In this document: positions 1-7,404 of the stretch, piece by piece
Layout: each line of letters begins with the position of its first letter
Position numbering within the stretch: position 1 is the stretch's first letter
Assembly (NCBI GenBank): GCA_030740155.1
Contig: JASLXV010000016.1
Coordinates: 1-10,887, forward strand
Origin: Dehalococcoidia bacterium
GTDB taxonomy: Bacteria; Chloroflexota; Dehalococcoidia; Lucifugimonadales; UBA3495
Length of the DNA stretch: 10,887 nucleotides
Direction of reading: 5' to 3'
The notes under the pieces: generated by a model
What the model saw: the letters and a program-made list of their open reading frames with translations, nothing else
The model's database searches: none
Told to the model about the DNA's origin: nothing
Program-made: the position numbers and the translations under genes

Positions 1-481
1 CCGCTCCCGGGCCGCTGCTGGAGCCGCCGGTGTACCGGTCCAGGTCCCAAGGGTTGCGAGCGATGTCGAAGGCGTGGGAAGGGCCGGTACCAAACTCGGT
101 CATATTGAGCTTTCCCAGTAGAATGGCCCCCGCCGATTTCAAGTTTGTGATCACCGTGGCGTCCTCGTTGGGGACGAAGTCCTTGAAGATCGGTGTGCCG
201 AAGGTGGTGCGAATGCCCGCGGTGTGGAGTTGATCCTTGACCGCCACCGGGATACCGTGCATGGGTCCCCGGTATTCGCCTCGAGCCAGGGCCTGTTCCG
301 ATTCCCGGGCGGCCTGAAGGGCCTCGTCGCGGCAAACGGTGAGGTAGGTGTAGAGCTTGGGGTTCAGGGCCTCGATGCGGTCCAGGTAGGCCTCGACGAC
401 CTCTAGGGGAGAAACCTCTCGCCCTTGGATGAGGCCGGCGAGTTCGGATGCGGACAGGAAAGGTATATTGGCCTTCTCCAC
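1..481 (-). CDS. Amidase signature family protein (GatA-like fold); 5' part only, runs off the left edge
   Basis: Not in the ORF track; translated by hand from GTG at 481 (RBS GGAGG upstream): MEKANIPFLSASELAGLIQGREVSPLEVVEAYLDRIEALNPKL...GPMHGIPVAVKDQ...GAILLGKLNMTEFG...RNPWDLDRYTGGSSSGPGA. Contains the catalytic Lys (VKD) and the GGSSSG amidase signature. Confidence 0.95.
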   Translation of the reverse strand, partial: MEKANIPFLSASELAGLIQGREVSPLEVVEAYLDRIEALNPKLYTYLTVCRDEALQAARESEQALARGEYRGPMHGIPVAVKDQLHTAGIRTTFGTPIFKDFVPNEDATVITNLKSAGAILLGKLNMTEFGTGPSHAFDIARNPWDLDRYTGGSSSGPGA

Positions 482-632
482 GGTGGTCCCCTCCGAAAAT
501 CAGCTGTGGAGCCACGGGTGTCAGGTAGGGCGATACCGTGCCGGATACCCAAGGAATTTCCAGTGAAACAGGCTGCCGGGCCGGCCGTCCGCCGGGGTCA
601 AACCAAAGTATTGGGTATTCCCGGTCAGTAGC

Positions 633-660
633 ATCATAGCATCACCGGAGGCGCGGCCAA
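633..660 (-). promoter_or_regulatory. Candidate sigma70-type promoter for the amidase
   Basis: Minus strand reads TTGGCC (660-655), 16 bp spacer, TATGAT (638-633), with an extended -10 TG (TGcTATGAT). Confidence 0.5.
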
Positions 661-718
661 TAACAGCCAACGCCGCCAACTTCAGGCCCGGCAGGTCGGA
701 GCACCGTTGGTCTTCTTG

Positions 719-1822
719 CTACCTCAGCACCTGAATCTTGTCTCGATTCACCAGGTCCCAATCGATCTCGTACCCCAGCCCGGGGCTCTCCGGTGCGTGG
801 ACGTTCCCTTGGCCATCGATCTCGATGTCGGCGACCAGGCCATGCTTGTTGGCGCCGGTCGCCGGGTAGAACTCATAGTAATCTGAGTTTGGGAGGGCCA
901 TCATGACGTGCAGGTTGGCAACATTATTGAGGGAGTTGCCGCCGTGATGAATCTCGCACTTCATGCGAAACGTCTCGGCCAGATGGGCGATCTTCATCAG
1001 GGGTGTGATGCCCCCGTTGACCGCCACGTCGCCCCTCAAGATATCGGTGGCCCCTTGATGCACCCACTGGGCCATGCTGTAGACACCTCCGGGGACGTGT
1101 TCCGTCGCCATGATCGGAATATCGAGCTTCTGATGGAGTTTGACGTAGCCGTATATGTCGTCTTCGGCAAGAGGGTCTTCATACCAGAAGTAGTCCAGCT
1201 CCTCGATTGCCCGGCCCACCTTGAGGGCTTGCTCGTAGTTGTAGGCCCACATCGAGTCCAGCATGAGCACCATGTCATCACCCACCGCTTTCCGGACCGC
1301 CTGGGAAATGGCGATGTCCTCTTTGGGGACGCCGTGGGGGTGCATCTTGTAGGCAGTCCATCCCTCAGAACGGAAACGCAGCGCTTCTTCCACGTAGTCT
1401 TCGGGGGTGGGAAGCCGCACGGAGCTGGCATAGGCCGGCATGCTCGATTTGCAGGAGCCGAGCAGGCGGTGGATTGGCATCCCCGCTAACTTGCCTGCTA
1501 TATCCCAGAGCGCCACATCCACCGCTCCGATGGTCTTGGGCGCCACAAACCTATTGAGGCGCCACATATCGCCCCACAGAGCCCCGATATCCAGAGGATT
1601 CCGGCCGAGCACGACCGGCTTGATCAGGTCTATGAGTTGTCTGGCGAAGGTATCCGCGCCCTCTCTAGCCGAGCCCAGAAATGAGTGTCCGTCAACCCCC
1701 TGATCGGTGTGGATAGTCACCACTCCGAGCTGCTTTTCACCCCCGAATGCGACCACGCCGCTAGACCGCCAGTGGGGAATATCCCACTTGAACATCGTCA
1801 GGGTGAGGTCGGTGACCTTCAT
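719..1822 (-). CDS. Mandelate racemase/muconate lactonizing enzyme (enolase superfamily) protein, 367 aa
   Basis: ATG at 1822 preceded by AAGGAGG. Motifs include GAVDVALWDIAGK, YKMHP, metal ligands MLDS / WYEDP / ATEH, RGD and EIHHG. The ORF-track start at 2029 adds 69 residues that do not resemble the family. Confidence 0.95.
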   Translation of the reverse strand: MKVTDLTLTMFKWDIPHWRSSGVVAFGGEKQLGVVTIHTDQGVDGHSFLGSAREGADTFARQLIDLIKPVVLGRNPLDIGALWGDMWRLNRFVAPKTIGAVDVALWDIAGKLAGMPIHRLLGSCKSSMPAYASSVRLPTPEDYVEEALRFRSEGWTAYKMHPHGVPKEDIAISQAVRKAVGDDMVLMLDSMWAYNYEQALKVGRAIEELDYFWYEDPLAEDDIYGYVKLHQKLDIPIMATEHVPGGVYSMAQWVHQGATDILRGDVAVNGGITPLMKIAHLAETFRMKCEIHHGGNSLNNVANLHVMMALPNSDYYEFYPATGANKHGLVADIEIDGQGNVHAPESPGLGYEIDWDLVNRDKIQVLR

Positions 1823-1870
1823 AGCTGCCTCCTTGGCGCGGTTTCGGCTTCGCGTGTAGATTCCGCCGTT

Positions 1871-1879
1871 ACTATAACA
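1871..1879 (-). promoter_or_regulatory. Candidate extended -10 promoter for the enolase-family gene
   Basis: Minus strand TGtTATAGT about 50 bp upstream of the ATG; no clear -35. Confidence 0.5.
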
Positions 1880-2447
1880 CCTGTGGAAATCGTGACGCGT
1901 CGGGCATGCCGGTGGAGAGGCCATGTCCCCGGGAAGAAGCAATGGGCCGGTGGGTTGGAGGGTTGCGGTCTCGACTTGAAACACCGGTCGACGGTGTTGC
2001 CGGCCCTCGGACCGGCCGAGCGCGGCCACCGGTGAAGCCGCCGGTCACGCGCCACCCGGCAGGTGGCTCACCATGGCCTTGCCTCAAAAGTACGCTAAAT
2101 AAAATACCCCGGAGAGGCCCCAGGGGTTACATTAGGTCCTAAAGCGCTGAAACGGCCGGAATCACACCATGTTGACGGAAGATTCCGCCAGGTGCCGCCC
2201 GCTTCTTCAAAACATTTCGCGCGGCACACCACAATGCCCGACAATTCAACGATACGTACCGGCTTGGCATTACCTATCGCAACTGTATCGAGATATAGGA
2301 GCAGGTAAGTAGGTCAGGCAATGCGGGCATGGCCGGTACTTGGTATTTCCGAGTTTGTTATTCCGGAAGTGACACCCCACAGGTTGACCCGGCATAACAG
2401 GGGTGGGACAATTCGCCACGAGTCCTTTATGGAAAAAGGAGGCAAGA

Positions 2448-3803
2448 ATGGACCGTACCACTGAGATGCTGGCTTCCTACGCTGCTTCTCTCGTCTACTC
2501 AGACCTGACCCCCGCGACCGTTCACCAGGCCAAGCTAAAGGTGATTGACTCCATGGGCTGCGCCATGGGCGGGTACCTCAGCGAGCCCAGCAAAATCGCC
2601 CAGAGGATGGCGGCGATGTACACCAGCACCCTTCCGGCCCGGGTTCTTGGCTCCGGCCGGCCTACATCGCCGGAAATGGCGGCCTTTGCCAACACGGTGA
2701 TGGTGCGATTCCTGGATTGCAACGATACGTACTCATCGCTGGGAGGCGGGCACCCCAGCGATATGTTGCCCGCGGTGCTGGCCATGGGCGAGCCGATGCA
2801 CAGTACGGCCAAGGAGGTTATCCTGGCCATCGTGGCCGCCTACGATATGTTCGGCGCATTTGCCGACCTCATTCCCATGATGTCGAAGGGTTGGGACCAG
2901 GGCACCTTCATAGTAATTGGCAGCGCGGTGGGCGCCGGCAAACTGCTGGGCCTCTCCCAAGAGCAGATGGGCCACGCGATCTCCCTGGCCATCACCCCCA
3001 ACGTCCCGACCCGGCAGACCCGAGCGGGAGAGCTTTCCATGTGGAAGGGATGTGCCACCGCCGCGGCGGCCCGCAGCGGCATCTTCGCCGCGTTGTTGGC
3101 CAGGGAAGGGATGACCGGCCCCAATGAGGCCTTCGAAGGGCGTCACGGTGTTTGGGAGCAGGTCACGGGGGCCTACGAGTTGAACCCCTTGCCGCGCCAA
3201 GACGGACCCTTCAGCATTGAAAGGGTCAATCTGAAGTACTTCCCCGCGGAGTACAACGCTCAAGCACCGCTCTGGATGGCCATGGATATACGGAAAAAGG
3301 TGGACCCGGAAGATATCGAGGCCATCCACGTGCAGACCTATTGGAACGCCTGGAGCGAGATAGGCAGCGAACCGGCGAAGTGGGACCCCCAGACCAGAGA
3401 GACGGCGGACCATAGCCTGCCCTATCTTCTGGCGGTGGATTTGGTGGACGGCAACATCACCCCCGCCTCCTTTACTCTGGAGCGTATCCGCGACCCCAAG
3501 CTGCGGCCCCTGATGAACCGGATCACCGTCAGCGAGAACCTCGAGTTCACCAAGGCTCATCCCGAGGCTTTGATGTCGGAAATGGAGGTGGTCACCAAAT
3601 CGGGGGAGCGGTTCGTGGAGCGGTCCTCCTACCCCAGGGGCCACCGCCAAAATCCCATGACCGATCAGGAGGTGGAGACCAAGTTCCTGGGGCTGTGCCA
3701 GGAGGTGCTGACGCCCCAGAAGGCCCAGACGGCCCTGGACACCCTGTGGGGGCTGGAGGACTTACCCGATATCGGGCAGGTTATCGACCTATTTCAAGTA
3801 TAG
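2448..3803 (+). CDS. prpD: MmgE/PrpD family protein (2-methylcitrate dehydratase-like), 451 aa
   Basis: ATG at 2448 after AAGGAGG. Motifs AAFAN..MVRFLDCND, GHPSD, RAGELSMWKG, RETADHSLPY and YPRGH match the family. No prpB/prpC in the window, so the exact substrate is uncertain. Confidence 0.92.
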   Translation: MDRTTEMLASYAASLVYSDLTPATVHQAKLKVIDSMGCAMGGYLSEPSKIAQRMAAMYTSTLPARVLGSGRPTSPEMAAFANTVMVRFLDCNDTYSSLGGGHPSDMLPAVLAMGEPMHSTAKEVILAIVAAYDMFGAFADLIPMMSKGWDQGTFIVIGSAVGAGKLLGLSQEQMGHAISLAITPNVPTRQTRAGELSMWKGCATAAAARSGIFAALLAREGMTGPNEAFEGRHGVWEQVTGAYELNPLPRQDGPFSIERVNLKYFPAEYNAQAPLWMAMDIRKKVDPEDIEAIHVQTYWNAWSEIGSEPAKWDPQTRETADHSLPYLLAVDLVDGNITPASFTLERIRDPKLRPLMNRITVSENLEFTKAHPEALMSEMEVVTKSGERFVERSSYPRGHRQNPMTDQEVETKFLGLCQEVLTPQKAQTALDTLWGLEDLPDIGQVIDLFQV

Positions 3804-3868
3804 GCCAACCGGATGGAGAACGGGAGGAACTCACGCTGTGACTGCTCGCCGGCGTCTGGGAGGGCTCC

Positions 3869-5038
3869 ATGGACAGCCATCCTGATGTGATCATCGTTGG
3901 GGGCGGCATCATCGGTTGTCTGGCCGCCTATTACCTGGGACAGCACGGCCTCTCCACGGTCATCGTCGAAAGGGACGCCATAGGCAGTCAGGCCTCGGGC
4001 AACGCGGCCGGGATTCTCACCCCCTACTCGGGAGCGGGCAGCCCCACTCTTCAGGCCTTCGCCGAGGAGAGTCAGCGGCTTCACCGGGAGTTGGCCCAGA
4101 CCCTTCCGGAGGAGACGGGCATCGGCTACCACTACGGCCTGGTCCCTTTCCTGCGAGTGGCCCTGACCGAAGAGGACGAAGGGGACCTGCGCGTCTGGTA
4201 TGATGCCCGCCGCCGGGAAGGCCATGAACTGGCCTGGCTCTCCGGAGAGGAAGGACGGCGCCTCTCGGGTGGCTGGCTTGCCCCGGAGGCGCGGGCTGCG
4301 GTGCCATCGGAGTTGGAGCCCCAGGTGGACCCGTACCGTCTGGTCTTGGCCGTTGCCACGGCGGCCGAGGCACTGGGGAGCACCATTCGAACTGGAGAAG
4401 TGGCGGGCATCCAGGGCAAGGAGGGCCGGGCCACCGGGGTTATCCTGGCCGATGGCTCCACCATTCCGGGTCACGCGGTGCTGCTGGCCATGGGGCCGTG
4501 GACCAAGCTGGCGGCCCCTTGGGCCGGCTTCCGGATACCGGTGGAGCCGATGCGGGGACAGATCGTGAGGCTATCGCTGCCGGGCACCCAGCCAGAATTC
4601 GCTATGCTCCGCATCATGGGCCGTGGCTACATCCTGCGCAAACCCTCGGGAGAGGTCCTAGGCGGCACCACCTGGGAGCGGGTTGGGTTCGACCGGCAGG
4701 CCACGTCGGAGGGGCAAGCCTCCATCGTCGAAGGCACTTTGCGGCTTTCCCCTCGGGCCCGCGACGCCGTGGTCGAGGAGTCCAGGGCGTGCCTGCGTCC
4801 TTACTCCGCGGACGAGCACCCGATCATCGGCCTGGCGCCGGGGTGGGAGAACCTGTACATCGCCGCCGGCCACGGCCCGGAGGGCATCCTGATGGGGCCC
4901 GCCACGGGGAAACACCTGGCCAGGCTCATAGCCGAAGGCCGGAGCGACTACGACCTTTCCCCCTTCTCCCCCGGCCGGTTCCCGCTTCGGCCCGGCAACG
5001 GCGAATCCGGGAATGCGACGGTAGGACACCACGGATAG
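3869..5038 (+). CDS. FAD-dependent oxidoreductase, glycine oxidase ThiO / D-amino acid oxidase (DadA) family, 389 aa
   Basis: N-terminal DVIIVGGGIIG Rossmann motif, QASGNAAGIL, EPMRGQ, LRPYSADEHPIIG and GH..GILMGPATG; RBS GGAGG; starts 65 bp after the prpD-like gene. Confidence 0.92.
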   Translation: MDSHPDVIIVGGGIIGCLAAYYLGQHGLSTVIVERDAIGSQASGNAAGILTPYSGAGSPTLQAFAEESQRLHRELAQTLPEETGIGYHYGLVPFLRVALTEEDEGDLRVWYDARRREGHELAWLSGEEGRRLSGGWLAPEARAAVPSELEPQVDPYRLVLAVATAAEALGSTIRTGEVAGIQGKEGRATGVILADGSTIPGHAVLLAMGPWTKLAAPWAGFRIPVEPMRGQIVRLSLPGTQPEFAMLRIMGRGYILRKPSGEVLGGTTWERVGFDRQATSEGQASIVEGTLRLSPRARDAVVEESRACLRPYSADEHPIIGLAPGWENLYIAAGHGPEGILMGPATGKHLARLIAEGRSDYDLSPFSPGRFPLRPGNGESGNATVGHHG

Positions 5039-5140
5039 AAGGGCGCGGAGAAACGGATACCAAACCGGGCGGCATAATGTGCTATTTCGTCTCGGGCTTC
5101 ACAAACCAGACAGGTGTCTGCCAATTGGCTTGATGCCCAT

Positions 5141-5209
5141 CCGTCATCCCGGCGAAGGCCGGGAACCAGGCAAAGCTTCTCTGGATTCCGGCCTTCGCCG
5201 GGATGACGG
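5141..5209. repeat. CGTC-tagged REP-like / RPE4-like palindromic element (inverted dimer)
   Basis: 29 bp arms CCGTCATCCCGGCGAAGGCCGGGAACCAG (5141-5169) and CTGGATTCCGGCCTTCGCCGGGATGACGG (5181-5209), 27/29 complementary, 11 nt loop. Each arm has an internal CCGGC-N4-GCCGG hairpin, and the minus strand translates as VIPAKAGIQ. Confidence 0.85.
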
Positions 5210-5259
5210 TCTGGTGGAGCGGTTTCCGCTTGATTGCCGGCTCGCGGTCCCGGCAGGGA

Positions 5260-7227
5260 TCAGATGCTGAGTCCGGCTTTGTGGCCTTCGTATACGGCCG
5301 CCTCCACATCCCTGGGTTGTAAGCAGTCCCCCACGGCATACAGCTCGCCGATCCGGCCTTCAAGGCTCCGGTAGAGGCGGTCATCCGCCTGCCCCCCCGC
5401 GGCGAGCACCACGGTGTCCACGCCCTCGATCACCCGAACGGTCGAGGTGTCGGTGTAGATTGTATTGTAGATTTCCACCGTGCTTTCCGTAATTCTCCAA
5501 ACTCCGGTGAAAGGCGACATGGTCACTCCCCTCTTCAGGAGTTCCTCGTAGAGGTCGCGCCACACCCCGGCCTGTATCCATTGACCCACGTAGGGCAGGC
5601 CGGTGATTACCTCCACGGCTTTGCCCTGGATGGCCAGGTGGTTGGCCACGTCGCACGCTTGGCGCAGACCCTGCGTGTCTATTACCACCACTTTATCTCC
5701 GGTCAGCGCCGTGCCCGCCAGAACATCACGATCCGTCACTACGTTACCCCCGTCGCCGCCCGTGATGGCAGGCCGGAAGGGGACTGAGCCGGTGGCAACG
5801 ACAACGGCGTCTGGACGCTCGGCCTCGACGATGTCGACGGTGGCCTCGACGCCCGTTCGAATCTCCACTTTGAGACGCCGAAGCTGGCCCTCCAGAAACG
5901 AGATCATCTCGCCAAAATTCTCCCGGTGGGGTGCGCCCATCGCCTGATTGACCTGCCCTCCCAGGACGGCCGATTTTTCGAGGATGGTCACGGCATGGCC
6001 CCTCTCGGCGGCGACCCGGGCGGCTTCCAGGCCCGCGGGACCAGCGCCGACCACCACCACCTTCTTGCGCTCGGCGCAGAGTGGCATCTCGGCCCACCTT
6101 CCCTCCCGGCCGGCCACGGGGTTGTAGATGCAGCCCAGAGGGAGACCCCGTTCCTGGTGTCCCTTACAGCTCTGGTTGCAGGCGAGGCAGGTCCTGATCT
6201 CCTCCACCCGGCCTTCCCTGGCCTTGCGGGGAAGATGAGGATCGGCGATCAGCTCTCGGGCCATTCCCACCAGGTCCATCCGCCCTTCGGTCAGGAACTG
6301 CTCCGCGAGGGCCGGGCTGTTGATTCGGCCCACCCCGATTACCGGCAGGTTGACCAACGCCTTCAACCGGTGGGACAGGCCCGCGAACTGGCCGGGCGGG
6401 AAGTAGTGGGACGGGATTATGTGGGTAGCGCTCTTCTTATCGTAGTTGGTCCCGGCCGCCATGCTCACGTAGTCCAGTTTGCCGGTACCCGCCAACAGCG
6501 GCACGATCTGTATCAGGTCGTTGATGTCCAAGCCGTAGGCCAGGTAGTCCTCGGTAAATCGGGCTCCCAGAATCAGGCCGTCACCCAGCCGTTGGCGCAC
6601 CTCATCGATGACTTCGTAGGCGAAGGTCATTCGCTGTTCCAGTGCGCCGCCGTACCTGTCGGTCCTCTGGTTGCTCGCTTCGGAGAGAAATTGAGGAATT
6701 AGGTTGCCGAAGGCCACGGAAACCTCCACGCCGTCCAATCCTGCCTGTCTGGCCCGGCCGGCCGCGTCGCCGAAGGCTTTCACAATGGCGGCCACCTCTT
6801 GGGTGGATAGCTCGTGGGGCATCATCTGCCCGAAGTCGACGCCCGGCGACGGGATCGCCGAAGGAGCCACCGCCACTGTCTCCAGCACCCCAATGGGGTT
6901 AGGCAGCCTTCGGCCCGCATGGGTGAGCTGTACCAGAAAGCGGGTAGGCTGCTCGTGAACCGCGGCGGCGATCCGTTTCAGTATGGGTATTGCGGCGTCA
7001 TCATGGAGGCTGATGGGCACCGCGCTGGTGGAGTCTACGCCGGTCGCCTCCGTGATGATCATGGCGGCCCCGCCTCGGGCCTTCTCTCTGTAGTAGTGGA
7101 GGTGCCGCTCGGTGAAGAGACCCCCGGCGTGGAAGGCCGTGGCGTGCCCCGTGCAGACGATGCGGTTCTCGAGGGTGTGGTTGCCAATCTGAATGGGGCT
7201 GAAAAGAGTGGGGAAAAGAGTCACCAC
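5260..7227 (-). CDS. NADH:flavin oxidoreductase, Old Yellow Enzyme TIM barrel plus 4Fe-4S and FAD/ADP domains (DgcA/StcD/FadH/TMADH-like architecture), 655 aa
   Basis: LFSPIQIG..LENRIV, QLTHAGR, AGLDGVEV, SNQRTDRYGG, ARELIADP, C-x2-C-x3-C-x11-C (CLACNQSC...CIYNP), VVGAGPAGLEAA and GDC..PR; GTG start with RBS AGGAGG. Confidence 0.95.
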   Translation of the reverse strand: MVTLFPTLFSPIQIGNHTLENRIVCTGHATAFHAGGLFTERHLHYYREKARGGAAMIITEATGVDSTSAVPISLHDDAAIPILKRIAAAVHEQPTRFLVQLTHAGRRLPNPIGVLETVAVAPSAIPSPGVDFGQMMPHELSTQEVAAIVKAFGDAAGRARQAGLDGVEVSVAFGNLIPQFLSEASNQRTDRYGGALEQRMTFAYEVIDEVRQRLGDGLILGARFTEDYLAYGLDINDLIQIVPLLAGTGKLDYVSMAAGTNYDKKSATHIIPSHYFPPGQFAGLSHRLKALVNLPVIGVGRINSPALAEQFLTEGRMDLVGMARELIADPHLPRKAREGRVEEIRTCLACNQSCKGHQERGLPLGCIYNPVAGREGRWAEMPLCAERKKVVVVGAGPAGLEAARVAAERGHAVTILEKSAVLGGQVNQAMGAPHRENFGEMISFLEGQLRRLKVEIRTGVEATVDIVEAERPDAVVVATGSVPFRPAITGGDGGNVVTDRDVLAGTALTGDKVVVIDTQGLRQACDVANHLAIQGKAVEVITGLPYVGQWIQAGVWRDLYEELLKRGVTMSPFTGVWRITESTVEIYNTIYTDTSTVRVIEGVDTVVLAAGGQADDRLYRSLEGRIGELYAVGDCLQPRDVEAAVYEGHKAGLSI

Positions 7228-7237
7228 GCGTTACCTC

Positions 7238-7263
7238 CTGAAACCACGGGCTGAAACCACGGG
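7238..7263. repeat. Perfect 13 bp tandem duplication (CTGAAACCACGGG x2)
   Basis: Copies at 7238-7250 and 7251-7263, abutting the RBS of the OYE gene. Confidence 0.85.
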
Positions 7264-7404
7264 CATGACGGTAGCCGGTGTTGCTCTCACCGCCAATTTC
7301 CCGGTGGCCACCGCGACACCTTTGAGCCGGACCCGGCTGGACGCGGCGCGGGATAAGGTGGGCCTTCAGCGGCTGCGCCCCGGGTTGAGACAGCCCTCTA
7401 TCGC

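Noticed and set aside
1..481. Calling the amidase gatA
   Set aside because: No gatC upstream, and GKLNMTEFG differs from the GatA-typical GKTN(M/L)DEFAMG; generic amidase is safer.
1823..2029. 69 aa N-terminal extension of the enolase-family ORF; likewise the extensions 2403-2447, 8605-8757 and 8911-8928 of other ORFs
   Set aside because: Strong RBSs precede the downstream ATGs, family similarity begins there, and two of the extensions overlap promoter-like motifs.
2264..2280. Sigma54-like TTGGCA...GC motif (also TTGGCAC at 8761)
   Set aside because: GG-to-GC spacing is 11 rather than 10 at the first site, and the second has no -12 GC.
2100..2440. Known riboswitch (TPP, glycine, lysine, cobalamin, SAM) upstream of the prpD-like operon
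   Set aside because: Only fragmentary resemblance; core motifs such as CUGAGA for TPP are absent.
2733..3650. 305 aa antisense ORF, plus similar ones (908-1489, 3794-4474, 5926-6702, 7483-8097, 8872-9747, 9177-9800)
   Set aside because: Shadow ORFs opposite well-supported genes, as expected in high-GC DNA; no recognisable motifs.
5082..5384. 100 aa ORF containing VIPAKAGIQ
   Set aside because: This is the translation of the palindromic repeat and it overlaps the OYE 3' end; no support as a gene.
7238..7263. CRISPR-like repeat
   Set aside because: Only two abutting 13 bp copies with no spacers and no cas genes.
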